DNA of 45,946 bases from a virus. The position numbers and the translations under genes were made by a program. The notes beneath the pieces are model-generated. The model worked only from the letters and a program-made list of their open reading frames with translations. It searched no databases and had not been told where the DNA came from. Shown here in pieces: positions 28,078-37,108 of this stretch. The DNA is taken from IMG/VR virus record IMGVR_UViG_3300029682_000009, positions 1-45,946 of that record, one strand, 5' to 3'. Numbering within the stretch: the first letter of the stretch is position 1; the number at the start of each line of letters is the position of its first letter.

Positions 28078-28374
28078 ATGGACCTGTTAGTAGATGAACA
28101 AAAACAGATTTTTGATGTTGCTGTTGAAGACATTTTGAAAGAGCGCGGTTCTGCAATTTGTCTCACTGATGCTCTTCAGTATGCCGAGCGCGCTGTGGTC
28201 TCCGCCCTGCTCTCTGGAAAGAAAGAGATAACGCTTGACCTGGCTCACGTTGTTTCGACTGCTGAGGCCCAGAAGGAAGTCAAGGCGCTCTTTAAAGAGT
28301 ATGCGTCGAATTTCATTTCAGATCTGGTGTGGCAAACGATTGACCGAGACATCTATCCAGACGTTAAAAATTAA
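28078..28374 (+). CDS. Hypothetical protein, first early-left gene
   Basis: Start set at MDLLVDEQKQ with AAGGAGAG RBS; tracked start 28042 lies in the hairpin arm. Confidence 0.55.
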   Translation: MDLLVDEQKQIFDVAVEDILKERGSAICLTDALQYAERAVVSALLSGKKEITLDLAHVVSTAEAQKEVKALFKEYASNFISDLVWQTIDRDIYPDVKN

Positions 28375-28448
28375 CTTTCTCTCTCCTGGCCCTCGTTAGC
28401 GCGGTACTCCTTGATGCGCTTTCGGGGGCTTTTCTTTTGGAGGTTGTT

Positions 28449-28589
28449 ATGAAGAAGTTTCTGACTGCAAAAAATTCGGACAGAGATAACTACTGCCTGC
28501 TCCTTGTTGCCATGGCTCTCATTCTCACTATCGCCTATGTTGCATTAGCAGCAGACGACATTCAACGGAGTTTCGGAATATGCATGTAA
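28449..28589 (+). CDS. Small membrane protein (46 aa), not in ORF track
   Basis: MKKFLTAKNSDRDNYCLLLVAMALILTIAYVALAADDIQRSFGICM with GGAGG RBS. Confidence 0.4.
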   Translation: MKKFLTAKNSDRDNYCLLLVAMALILTIAYVALAADDIQRSFGICM

Positions 28590-28813
28590 CACCTCGCACA
28601 TGCCCCGGGCCCGGAGACCTTTGGCAACTAAGTTGGCAGGAAGAAAAACGGCAAGCCGAATATGAGAGGCTCCTTGAAAGATTTTTTGAGGAGTACATAC
28701 CGCGTTACTGCGATGAAAGGATCAACCAACTTGCTGAAGAGGGTGAAGATGAACGGCATCCTGAAATTGAGCCTTTGTTTGACGAATTTTTGAAGGAAAA
28801 CGAATGGCAGTAA
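28580..28813 (+). CDS. Hypothetical acidic protein
   Basis: 77-aa ORF, overlaps neighbours by 10 nt each. Confidence 0.45.
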   Translation: MHVTPRTCPGPGDLWQLSWQEEKRQAEYERLLERFFEEYIPRYCDERINQLAEEGEDERHPEIEPLFDEFLKENEWQ

Positions 28814-29031
28814 TTACTGACGCAGAGCGTAAAAAACAGCGCAACCGAGAAGTGAAGCGCGAGTACTACGCAAAAAACAAAGAAAAGAGGGTTGCGCAGA
28901 GCAAAGAATGGTATCGCAAAAGACGCGAAGAAGAATTAGCCCTGAGAAACAATAAAACGCCAATCCTCCCGCAGACCCCTTTTTCAGCACTATTTACAGA
29001 TTTTTTTATTGATAGGAATCCGAAAAAATGA
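28804..29031 (+). CDS. Hypothetical basic protein
   Basis: 75 aa, Lys/Arg/Glu-rich helical. Confidence 0.45.
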   Translation: MAVITDAERKKQRNREVKREYYAKNKEKRVAQSKEWYRKRREEELALRNNKTPILPQTPFSALFTDFFIDRNPKK

Positions 29032-30059
29032 CTAACGAACAAAGAGCCGCTTGGTTAAAGGGGCGCCGTACAGGTATCGGCGGCTCCGACGTGGCTGCCG
29101 TCCTCGGTCTGAATCCTTGGAAGACGCCGCTTGACGTTTGGAATGACAAGCTCGGGATCTCTGAGGACAAGGGGATGACCGAGCCTGCGTACTGGGGAAC
29201 GGTGCTTGAAGACACGGTCGCAAAAGAATTTCAGCTGCGCACCGGCAAGAGAGTTCAAAAGGTTTCTCACCAGTTCGCAGATCCGGAAACTCCTTGGGCA
29301 ATCGCAAACATCGACCGAGCAATTATCAATCCGGAGATTGCCAAAAAAGTTCGGCCGCTACTGAAGGTTGAAGAAATTGAGAAGTATGCCGACATCACGG
29401 GCGTCGAGCGCATTATTAACACGGATGTCGCATTTGAGGCTAAGACGGCAAACGCTTTTACTGCTGACCTTTGGGGGCCTTCTCAGGAGCTTGAGATCAA
29501 ACAGCACAATCTCAGAACCGAGCATGTGATCCCACTTTATTATGAGACGCAACTTCAGTGGTACTGCGGCATTCTGAAGCTCAAGGGAATGTATCTCGCG
29601 GTGCTCATCGGAGGTTCCGACTTTCGAATGTACTGGGTCGATGCTCGTCCGGATGTGTTCCAAGTGATCAAAGAAAAGTGTTCTCGATTCTGGAACGAAA
29701 ACGTTCTGAAGAAAATCCCGCCCGATCCAATCAACATTGATGACGTACTTCAGCTATATGGAAAAAGTAACGGAAAAGCTGTGGAAGCTCAGGGTGAGCT
29801 TGCTATTGATTATGGTGAGTATGCACGTATTGCTGGTGAAATTAAGGAACTCAAGAAGCAGCAGGACGCGCTCAAAACCAAGATTGCAATAAGCATGAAG
29901 GATAACGAGATTCTCACTCTCGATGGCAAGAAAGTCCTCACCTACAAAACTCAAACCTCAAAACGTTTCGATTCGGATTCCTTCCGGGAAGACCATCTGG
30001 ATGACTACTACGACTACCTCAAGGAATCCTCAACTCGTGTAATGCGCGTTTGCGCTTAA
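29028..30059 (+). CDS. YqaJ-type recombination exonuclease
   Basis: RAAWLKGRRTGIGGSDVAAVLGLNPWKTPLDVWNDKLG signature; paired with RecT. Confidence 0.85.
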   Translation: MTNEQRAAWLKGRRTGIGGSDVAAVLGLNPWKTPLDVWNDKLGISEDKGMTEPAYWGTVLEDTVAKEFQLRTGKRVQKVSHQFADPETPWAIANIDRAIINPEIAKKVRPLLKVEEIEKYADITGVERIINTDVAFEAKTANAFTADLWGPSQELEIKQHNLRTEHVIPLYYETQLQWYCGILKLKGMYLAVLIGGSDFRMYWVDARPDVFQVIKEKCSRFWNENVLKKIPPDPINIDDVLQLYGKSNGKAVEAQGELAIDYGEYARIAGEIKELKKQQDALKTKIAISMKDNEILTLDGKKVLTYKTQTSKRFDSDSFREDHLDDYYDYLKESSTRVMRVCA

Positions 30060-30092
30060 TCCAAAACTCACTCGCAAAAAAAAGGAATAATT

Positions 30093-30926
30093 ATGTCTAC
30101 AACTGACCAACTCGCCGCAGCAGTCGGCGCTCCCTCCGCACCAGTCGCCAAACCAAAAACGAAAGCGCCGATCATCGTGCAGCAGGTCTTGTCAGACCAG
30201 TTCAAAAAACAATTAGCGCTAGCGGTTCCGAAACATATGAGCGCTGACCGCATGGCAAGAATTGCCGCGACCGAATTACGAAAGACTCCGGCCCTGCTCA
30301 ATACAACTCCGGCTTCGTTCCTCGGAGCGGTTATGCAGTCAGCCCAATTAGGTTTGGAGCCCGGTTCCGCCCTCGGTCAGGCTTACCTTGTTCCCTATGG
30401 CAACCAGTGCCAACTGATTCTTGGCTACCGCGGCATGATTGATTTGGCTCGTCGCTCCGGACAAGTTTTGTCTCTTTCTGCATTCGCAGTGCACGAAGGT
30501 GACGAATTCAACTACCAACTCGGCCTCCATCCGGACATCCACCACGTACCAAGCGTCGAGGCTGATCGCGTTAAAAAGCCCATCACGTTTGTCTACGCAG
30601 TCGCTAACCTCAAGGGAGGCGGATATCAGTTTGAGGTTATGTCCAGAGCTGAGGTCGAGGCTGTTAAAGCCAAGGCCAAGAGCAAAAACATCTGGAACTC
30701 GTATTTTGAACAGATGGCTCTGAAAACAGTGATCCGTCGTCTATTCAAGTACCTCCCTGTTTCTATCGAAGCGCTGCAGGTAGCAAATGTGGACGCCAAA
30801 CGAGAGGCCGGAGAGGAAGTTAAGCCTGAGGACGTGATCGACATCAACGCCGTCACCGTCGAGGATTTCAAAGACATCGAAGATGGCGAGGTCGTTGGAA
30901 CATCTCAGGACGCTCCTGCGAACTGA
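30093..30926 (+). CDS. recT: RecT-family single-strand annealing protein
   Basis: 277 aa, AYLVPYGNQCQLILGYRGMIDLARRSG ... ALKTVIRRLFKYLPVS. Confidence 0.85.
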   Translation: MSTTDQLAAAVGAPSAPVAKPKTKAPIIVQQVLSDQFKKQLALAVPKHMSADRMARIAATELRKTPALLNTTPASFLGAVMQSAQLGLEPGSALGQAYLVPYGNQCQLILGYRGMIDLARRSGQVLSLSAFAVHEGDEFNYQLGLHPDIHHVPSVEADRVKKPITFVYAVANLKGGGYQFEVMSRAEVEAVKAKAKSKNIWNSYFEQMALKTVIRRLFKYLPVSIEALQVANVDAKREAGEEVKPEDVIDINAVTVEDFKDIEDGEVVGTSQDAPAN

Positions 30927-30990
30927 TCGACCCAACTCCGATGATTGATCGCTTGGCCTTCTTAATTCAAAAGTCAAAGGATGAAGACAA

Positions 30991-31179
30991 ATGAACCGTC
31001 TATTGATACGAGACTACATTTTCAACACAGATCAGATTGCGTGCATCTTTTGGGACCACGACGAAAACGTCTTAATAGTTTCATTGAGTTCCGGTAAGTA
31101 CAAGGAGTTCAAAGACTTCCCTGAAAGCGAATGGAAGAGACTTCGAGAGATGTTAGGCTTTACGGAGGAGAAAGAATGA
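30991..31179 (+). CDS. Hypothetical protein
   Basis: 62-aa ORF. Confidence 0.4.
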   Translation: MNRLLIRDYIFNTDQIACIFWDHDENVLIVSLSSGKYKEFKDFPESEWKRLREMLGFTEEKE

Positions 31180-31248
31180 TCGAGAAAGGAAAGCTATGGA
31201 GGCTTTAATGGACATCCGGAACGAACCTCTTTTTGCAGGCCTTTAAAA

Positions 31249-31731
31249 ATGACAGATATCAGTTATGTTGACCGCTGGAAGAATTACCCAGGAGGCTCAA
31301 TTCCCGAACATCGCATTGTTATGTCCATCAAGCGGTCCCCGAAATTTGAAGATCTGGTAGATATCACGTATTACTCAGTGCTGGAGCCGATCCCAAGATC
31401 TTCATATACAACCCATTTCTTCCGCTTCCTGCCGGTCAAATTTAGCGAATATCCTCAGACGCCGGATGAAAGATATTGGGAAGACCGCAACAACCAAACT
31501 CCTTCTTTGTTCGATGACATCGAAAACGAATACCTTCCTGAAGAGCGATGGTTCGGTTATCCGGGGTTCAAGCCGCAGCAGGATCAAATCTGCATATTCA
31601 GGTACATAGACGAGGGCTTCAATTTTTATGACGTTGATTTCTTCGAAGGAAGAACCTGGCGGCTTCGGGAGAAGACAATTTTCGTCTTTATGCCAATAGC
31701 TTCACCGGAAGGATTTCACCGGCGCCGGTGA
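31249..31731 (+). CDS. Hypothetical protein
   Basis: 160-aa ORF. Confidence 0.45.
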   Translation: MTDISYVDRWKNYPGGSIPEHRIVMSIKRSPKFEDLVDITYYSVLEPIPRSSYTTHFFRFLPVKFSEYPQTPDERYWEDRNNQTPSLFDDIENEYLPEERWFGYPGFKPQQDQICIFRYIDEGFNFYDVDFFEGRTWRLREKTIFVFMPIASPEGFHRRR

Positions 31732-31784
31732 GATTTATAGGCTCAATTGAAAAAAATAAGCGAAGGGCTTTAAAGGAGTCTAAC

Positions 31785-32255
31785 TCAGAAATATTGGGTC
31801 ATTTGATAGGATGCCTCGGTATGGATTCTAAAAATTGAGTCACATGTGAGCGTTATCTTCAAGGTCCCTTTCTCTTTATCTGTGGGTTTAACTGCAAAGT
31901 ACAAGTTTCGTTTTTCTCCTGCTTCGTAGTCAATATTCAAGCCTATCTTTTTTCTCGTGCACTCTATGCTTTCAGTTGCTTCCCCGAAAGAAAACATTGG
32001 AAGTTCTCCCAAGAGTCCGCCTTTTATTTCGATCTGTGATATTCGGCAGTTTGATTGGCCTCCGTGAATTTCAACGACCAATTGATAATAACCTTCCGCT
32101 TGAAGTCGCTCAGCATCAGAGCCTTTTATTTCTGATCCAGAGAGATCAAGAACATCAGCACGTGCAAAGGGACGCTTCTTCAAAAGTTCTACGTACATAA
32201 ATACTGCAGAACAACCCGTCGCAACTGCTATGAAAATTTGAACAAATAATTCCAC
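31785..32255 (-). CDS. Membrane-anchored protein on the opposite strand (moron)
   Basis: N-terminal TM MELFVQIFIAVATGCSAVFMYV; only minus-strand gene inside the plus-strand early block. Confidence 0.55.
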   Translation of the reverse strand: MELFVQIFIAVATGCSAVFMYVELLKKRPFARADVLDLSGSEIKGSDAERLQAEGYYQLVVEIHGGQSNCRISQIEIKGGLLGELPMFSFGEATESIECTRKKIGLNIDYEAGEKRNLYFAVKPTDKEKGTLKITLTCDSIFRIHTEASYQMTQYF

Positions 32256-32336
32256 TTTTGCTCCTTGGTTTTAGATTTGATTTCTTGACAATCTCAATTC
32301 TAGGACCGAGGAGCTTTCTTCTCTTTAGGTACTTAA

Positions 32337-32507
32337 ATGAACTTTTCAACCACTGAACTTGTTTTCGACATTTTGTGTCTGGTCGTCAGCATTGCCTGTT
32401 TTTCCGGACTTGTTTTTTTCTCATCGCAACGAATTTGCGGATTATTAAGCAACGTTATCAAGCGACTGGAATCCGTTGAAACGACTCTGAAGGGAATAAA
32501 GAAATAA
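32337..32507 (+). CDS. Small TM protein (56 aa), not in ORF track
   Basis: MNFSTTELVFDILCLVVSIACFSGLVFFSSQRICGLLSNVIKRLESVETTLKGIKK; upstream CCGAGGAGCTT box shared with next gene. Confidence 0.45.
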   Translation: MNFSTTELVFDILCLVVSIACFSGLVFFSSQRICGLLSNVIKRLESVETTLKGIKK

Positions 32508-32542
32508 ACCGAGGAGCTTATTTTCTATCTAGGACTAAAACA

Positions 32543-32746
32543 ATGACCTTAACTTTTCAAAGCATTTTCTTATTGGGCTGTTTCTGCGTTTGCGTGGCCT
32601 GCTTTTCCTGCCAGCTCTACCTCTTGGGCAAGCATGTCCGGTTCGCTTTCAAGATGATTTTGGACGAACAGCGTGACCTGCAGAAACAGGTAAAAAGCAT
32701 CCAGTTAAATCAGAATTCCTTTACAGATCGCCATGAAAGTCGCTAA
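32543..32746 (+). CDS. Small TM protein, same architecture as 32337..32507
   Basis: MTLTFQSIFLLGCFCVCVACFSCQLYLLG then charged helix; same upstream CCGAGGAGCTT box. Confidence 0.5.
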   Translation: MTLTFQSIFLLGCFCVCVACFSCQLYLLGKHVRFAFKMILDEQRDLQKQVKSIQLNQNSFTDRHESR

Positions 32747-32795
32747 ACTTTTTTCAGGAGGATGAGCCTCTCACCAGTTCAAACACCCAGTGAAA

Positions 32796-33113
32796 ATGAA
32801 AAAACTCCTTTTGCTGCTACCCATAAGCTTTTTAACTTTAACTAGTTGTACCGTCATCGATGGTCAGACAGTTTGGTTAGATGAAATAAAAACGTATCGA
32901 GTCTTTCAAGTTTTGCCGGATGGTAATGCTTTGGCCTTTGAATGTGATTCAGAATACGACAAATACTGTTATGGAGATGTAGCTCTACTTGCTAAAAGAG
33001 AAAAGCCTTTCTATGACGGGATTAAAGTAAACATTCCTAAGCCGACTATAGAAGGAACCTACCGCTACGAAACAAGGAACAACTTTATAAAGACAGTTCC
33101 AATAGTACATTGA
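32796..33113 (+). CDS. Lipoprotein
   Basis: MKKLLLLLPISFLTLTSC lipobox; start set at the ATG, not the tracked GTG. Confidence 0.65.
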   Translation: MKKLLLLLPISFLTLTSCTVIDGQTVWLDEIKTYRVFQVLPDGNALAFECDSEYDKYCYGDVALLAKREKPFYDGIKVNIPKPTIEGTYRYETRNNFIKTVPIVH

Positions 33114-33166
33114 CAGTTCACACCTAAAGAACTCAATTACGGCAAGAAACCAACAAACACCATTCC

Positions 33167-33192
33167 GCCCCTCAATTTGAGGGGCTTTTTTT
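33167..33192 (+). terminator. Rho-independent terminator
   Basis: GCCCCTC-AATTT-GAGGGGC-TTTTTTT. Confidence 0.8.
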
Positions 33193-33206
33193 ATTGGGAA
33201 TACAAA

Positions 33207-33761
33207 ATGAATGAATTAACCACTCTGCCGCCACCGACGTTAGAAATTATTGATGGCGTGCCCACCGTCCTGTCAACTGTCGTGGCGGATTATTTTGGAT
33301 ACCGTCATGACAATTTGCTCCAGATTATTAGAGGCCTGATCGCTCGAAATTCGGAGCTTTTATGTCTCCTATATTTTCAGGAGACAACCACAAGCCGTCC
33401 ACATCCTAAAAATCCGGATGTCTTTATTGAGTCCCCAGCATTCAGAATGAATCAAACGGGCTTCAATATTTTGGCAATGAAGTTATCCGGAAAAAGAGCA
33501 GAACGATATCAAATCAGATTTGCTCAAGCCTTCGAAGCAGCGGTAAAGGCTTTACAGAACATCAACCTGTCGACGTACCAAAAGGCCCTACGACTGGAGG
33601 CAAAGTTCGACGAACGAAAACGGCAGATTAGTTTCTGCGCCTCTTCTCTCGCCAAATGGAAAGATGAAAAGAAAGTGATGCTTTTAAAAATGGACGAGTA
33701 TCAAAAAGACGTTCAGATGTCTCTTCCTTTCGATTCAATCCTTATCGAAGTTCCGCACTAA
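33207..33761 (+). CDS. Rha-family phage regulatory protein
   Basis: Start set at MNELTT after the terminator; VPTVLSTVVADYFGYRHDNLLQIIRGLI resembles Rha N-terminal motif. Confidence 0.55.
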   Translation: MNELTTLPPPTLEIIDGVPTVLSTVVADYFGYRHDNLLQIIRGLIARNSELLCLLYFQETTTSRPHPKNPDVFIESPAFRMNQTGFNILAMKLSGKRAERYQIRFAQAFEAAVKALQNINLSTYQKALRLEAKFDERKRQISFCASSLAKWKDEKKVMLLKMDEYQKDVQMSLPFDSILIEVPH

Positions 33762-33780
33762 ATGAACAAATCAAAACTCA

Positions 33781-33810
33781 GAGCATCCGTTTCCCGGATG
33801 CTCTTTTTTT
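33781..33810 (+). terminator. Rho-independent terminator
   Basis: GAGCATCCG-TTTCC-CGGATGCTC-TTTTTTT. Confidence 0.8.
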
Positions 33811-34203
33811 ATGGATAAAACAATGACAGAACCAATGGAATTTACAGAAGCCGTCTTCCAACAGGTGGTCGGGAAGTATCGAATCAGGGTTGAGTTCAGA
33901 AACTACTGGAGCCCTCCTATGGCATGTTGGGCTCAGACATTCAACTCCTATTTTTGCGAAGCCTCTGATGTCTACATGGATGAATGCTACGACTATCCCT
34001 GGCGTCCATTTATTCACTCTACAGGCTACTCAGACGACGGGAAACCAATCCCCATCACAAGAGAAGCAGCCGCTAAGGCCATCACCAATGCTTACAAGGA
34101 ATTGACGTTAACACCGGAAGAACGACAGGCAAGGCGCGAACGATCAGAAAAGATCAAACGGGAAGTCAGAGAACGGCTTAGAAAACAAGGACTCATCAAA
34201 TGA
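33811..34203 (+). CDS. Hypothetical protein
   Basis: 130-aa ORF; start 33811 or 33823. Confidence 0.5.
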   Translation: MDKTMTEPMEFTEAVFQQVVGKYRIRVEFRNYWSPPMACWAQTFNSYFCEASDVYMDECYDYPWRPFIHSTGYSDDGKPIPITREAAAKAITNAYKELTLTPEERQARRERSEKIKREVRERLRKQGLIK

Positions 34204-34547
34204 ATTTACAAGAAAAGCTACAAGCTATTGCGAACCATTACGGCATGGACCTTCAGGCCATCAAACTGGCCGAAGAAGGCGCAGAACTGGCTGCTGCTAC
34301 TTTGAAGAACGTCGGTCTCATGATTCAACAAGAGAACGGTGAAGGCGGCGAATCAATCGCTCAAAAACGAGCTGAGGCTATGGAAAAAACGGACGAAGAA
34401 ATAGCTGACGTTCTCTTAGTGTCTCGGCAAATGGAATATCTGTTGCTTGAGTCCCCGAAATATGACGAAAAAATCACTCGGCTAATGAACGAAAAAGCCG
34501 ACCGCCAGTTATCAAGAATCAAGGAAGAAGAAAATGAACATTACTAG
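34200..34547 (+). CDS. MazG-like nucleotide pyrophosphohydrolase (small all-helical type)
   Basis: AIKLAEEGAELAAA and DEEIADVLLVSRQMEYLL motif pair. Confidence 0.5.
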   Translation: MNLQEKLQAIANHYGMDLQAIKLAEEGAELAAATLKNVGLMIQQENGEGGESIAQKRAEAMEKTDEEIADVLLVSRQMEYLLLESPKYDEKITRLMNEKADRQLSRIKEEENEHY

Positions 34548-34806
34548 AATCAGCCTGAAGCAAACAACCGAAAATATTCAAATCCCCGACTGGGCGAAAA
34601 CTATCGTCATCCACGCTGACACAACGGCACCGTACTCGGAGAAAAAATTACAGCACATCTACTGGTTGTTTTTCAAAACGCTAGGTATCACTGATGAGTC
34701 AAGAAAAAAGTACACGCTTCGTTTTCATGTGAGATTCGCTCGTCCTGACTGTGATTACTACGTCGAGTTTGCTGACATGATCATCAATGACCGCGTGAGG
34801 TTCTGA
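34534..34806 (+). CDS. Hypothetical protein
   Basis: 90-aa ORF. Confidence 0.45.
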   Translation: MNITRISLKQTTENIQIPDWAKTIVIHADTTAPYSEKKLQHIYWLFFKTLGITDESRKKYTLRFHVRFARPDCDYYVEFADMIINDRVRF

Positions 34807-34808
34807 CA

Positions 34809-35318
34809 ATGCCCAGGAACAAGAAACCTCGGAAGAAATTCACGTGTCGAAAGATTGAGATTCCGCGCATTTCTGAAGAGCGAATTGATGTGATTATCGA
34901 CACGATGACGAATGTCGGATTCTCAGTTGAACTTAAATTGCCTAATGGCACGTTTGATCGAGATGATATGAGAGCTCTGGCCGATTTCAGTAACCTGACA
35001 GGCGTGACCTTTAGTGAATTGGGAGAGGATCGTTTGAGTGAGGAAGATCTGATTTCTTCCAATGAGCTGCAGTGTGCTCTCTCAGATAGCCTGACATCGT
35101 TATATCTCCGGACATACAAGAACAAAGCTAAGTTCTACGTTCCGACCGGAGAAGAACTCAAAACGATTCAGGAGGCTGTCACTTTCTTTCTCCCGGTAAT
35201 GGAGGAAATTGTTAAAGACAGCCCAAAACTAATCATCAAATTCTGGAACAAAACAAAGAATCTAATGACGCGCCCGGATGGTGCGTATAACGGAGTAAAG
35301 GTATCTAGCTATGAATGA
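34809..35318 (+). CDS. Hypothetical protein
   Basis: 169-aa ORF with basic N-terminus MPRNKKPRKK. Confidence 0.5.
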   Translation: MPRNKKPRKKFTCRKIEIPRISEERIDVIIDTMTNVGFSVELKLPNGTFDRDDMRALADFSNLTGVTFSELGEDRLSEEDLISSNELQCALSDSLTSLYLRTYKNKAKFYVPTGEELKTIQEAVTFFLPVMEEIVKDSPKLIIKFWNKTKNLMTRPDGAYNGVKVSSYE

Positions 35319-35610
35319 CATTGACTATGACAAATTGTCCAGCATGGTGGCAGATAAAGTCTCCAGCCAGATCGCTGAAAAGCTGATTCAGAAAACAACA
35401 AAGCTCACACTCTCTCGTCCAGAAGTAGAGGTTAGGATCGGTTTTGCTCCTGGCTCTTCTGCCGCCCGTGAAGTAATGAAGGATCCGAAGTTCCCTAAGC
35501 CTGACGCATTCTCCGAGAACGGGCGCGATCGTTGGTACACAAAAGACATTGACGATTACATGGAAAGCAAAAGACACGCCCGAGCCAAGCTCGCTATTTC
35601 AGCCGCTTAG
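35311..35610 (+). CDS. AlpA/Xis-like excisionase candidate
   Basis: LTLSRPEVEVRIGFAPGSSAAREVMKDPKFPKPDAFSENGRDRWYTKDIDDYM; converges on int with 17-nt tail overlap. Confidence 0.55.
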   Translation: MNDIDYDKLSSMVADKVSSQIAEKLIQKTTKLTLSRPEVEVRIGFAPGSSAAREVMKDPKFPKPDAFSENGRDRWYTKDIDDYMESKRHARAKLAISAA

Positions 35611-36670
35611 CAATTTCTTCTGCGCTCGCTCTGTAGTATCTCTGGAGCATCTTTAAATCTTTGTGCCCCGTTTGTCTAGCAAGCGCCAGGACATCTAAAC
35701 GGGGCGCCCCTGTTTCTGGATCAGGGCTGGCGGCCCAAGTCGCAAAAGTTGCGCGGCCGTCATGAAAATTCAGCCCTTCTTTGATTAGTCGGTTTTGAGA
35801 ATCATATTCAGGTCCAAGGCCGGCTCTATCCCGAACTTTTCGGAATAACGTATCTCTGTTGTGATCGTTAAGTCCGCCAAAAATCCGTGGTTCATACTCG
35901 AGCTCCATAACTAATTTAAGAATTTCCCGAGCTCTTGCAGACAAGGCCACGTCTCTTCTTGACAATGTTTTTGTAGCCTCCGCCGGCACATGTAGCACAT
36001 TGTCACCTAACCAAGAATATTCAATCTTTAAAAGCTCCCCTGCTCGCATTCCTGTTTGACAACTAAAAAGGAAGGCTGCTACCGCAAGTTGCATTTTGTT
36101 CTTTGGCACTGTGTGGCCGTCCCAACCGCTAGCCTGCAAAAGTTTCTCTATATCCTCGTCTGAAGCAACTCTCTCGCGGTGCTCTGGCTCCCGTGGTTTC
36201 TCCACACCCCGGCAAGGATTCACATCTGTGAGTTCGTTTTTAATAGCAAATTGAAAAACGTCAGAGAGAATTGTCAGCTCTCTATTAACAGTGGACGGTG
36301 AAATATAGTTGTCTCGGTTTTTGGCACGTTCGCTGAGGCGACGTTCAATGTAGTTCTCAATCGTTCTGTTTGTAAAAGAAGATAGAGTTTTAGCCGCCAG
36401 TTTATCTCTCTGGAGGCGTCTCAGTCGGATTTCTTCTGTACGTTTGGAGCGTTTCTGTGAAGTGACTTCGCTGATGTATTCGTCAATCAGCGCGGCCAGA
36501 GTAATCGAAGAAGAGCGTTCTTCGGCGCTAATGTCCAACTCTGCCGCAAAGCGTTTTGCCTCAGCTCGAGTTTTAAATGTTTTGGAGAATCGCTGTTTGT
36601 TTCCGTCCGCCTGAAGTCTATAGCCATAAACTTCATACGTACCGCAGAGAGTTTTTCTTATTCCTGCCAT
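35594..36670 (-). CDS. int: Tyrosine integrase
   Basis: Start set at MAGIRKTLCGTYEVYGYRL (ATG 36670); C-terminal HDGRATFATW ... GHKDLKMLQRYY catalytic pattern. Confidence 0.85.
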   Translation of the reverse strand: MAGIRKTLCGTYEVYGYRLQADGNKQRFSKTFKTRAEAKRFAAELDISAEERSSSITLAALIDEYISEVTSQKRSKRTEEIRLRRLQRDKLAAKTLSSFTNRTIENYIERRLSERAKNRDNYISPSTVNRELTILSDVFQFAIKNELTDVNPCRGVEKPREPEHRERVASDEDIEKLLQASGWDGHTVPKNKMQLAVAAFLFSCQTGMRAGELLKIEYSWLGDNVLHVPAEATKTLSRRDVALSARAREILKLVMELEYEPRIFGGLNDHNRDTLFRKVRDRAGLGPEYDSQNRLIKEGLNFHDGRATFATWAASPDPETGAPRLDVLALARQTGHKDLKMLQRYYRASAEEIAKRLK

Positions 36671-36684
36671 ATCCGCCTCGAGAA

Positions 36685-36716
36685 TTTCCGTTAGCGTTTC
36701 CGTTAAATTTCCGTTA
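36685..36716 (+). repeat. Three direct TTTCCGTTA repeats (arm-type Int-binding site candidates)
   Basis: 36685..36693, 36697..36705, 36708..36716, spaced 11-12 bp, just upstream of int. Confidence 0.65.
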
Positions 36717-36803
36717 TCTAAACCTGAATATAACGAGATATGCCAAAACGGACAACAAAAAATCCCGTAAAACCGAGGCTTAACGGGATATGACAAGTAT
36801 GTC

Positions 36804-36890
36804 TGGTGCCCGGGACTGGACTCGAACCAGCACGCCCGCGAAGGCGCTAGCACCTGAAGCTAGTGCGTCTACCAATTTCGCCACCCGGGC
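36804..36890 (-). tRNA. tRNA-Leu (anticodon CAG), complete, CCA encoded
   Basis: GCCCGGGTGGCGAAATTGGTAGACGCACTAGCTTCAGGTGCTAGCGCCTTCGCGGGCGTGCTGGTTCGAGTCCAGTCCCGGGCACCA: 7-bp acceptor stem, CTAGC/GCTAG anticodon stem, loop TTCAGGT, long variable arm, TTCGAGT T-loop. Confidence 0.9.
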
Positions 36891-36904
36891 AACAGAGAAA
36901 TGAA

Positions 36905-36933
36905 ATTCTATCTTCAAAAATCAGTTTTTGCAA
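36905..36933 (-). promoter_or_regulatory. Sigma70-like promoter for the tRNA
   Basis: Minus strand TTGCAA-17 nt-TAGAAT, 14 nt before tRNA 5' end. Confidence 0.55.
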
Positions 36934-37014
36934 ATGCTGCTACCTGATCTATTTGTAATTAGTTGTTAATTGAGAAAGATGGGATTTAAAATGCGACAAC
37001 AAGAATTTCGAAGA

Positions 37015-37044
37015 CGTAAAAGAAAACCTCGCAAATCTGCGAGG
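37015..37044 (-). terminator. Rho-independent terminator following the 14-nt tRNA 3'-end copy
   Basis: Minus strand CCTCGCA-GATT-TGCGAGG-TTTTCTTTT. Confidence 0.75.
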
Positions 37045-37058
37045 TCTGAAATCGTTTT

Positions 37059-37072
37059 TGGTGCCCGGGACT
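37059..37072 (-). repeat. 14-nt duplicate of the tRNA 3' end (candidate att core)
   Basis: tggtgcccgggact identical to 36804..36817, 255 bp apart, same orientation. Confidence 0.7.
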
Positions 37073-37108
37073 AGCACCACATTATCAATAATATTCAATC
37101 AGATAACT

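Noticed and set aside
35594-36853. The 419-aa version of the integrase ORF extending to 36853
   Set aside because: The N-terminal 61 codons run through the arm-type repeats and into the tRNA gene. A start at MAGIRK (36670) gives a normal 358-aa tyrosine recombinase.
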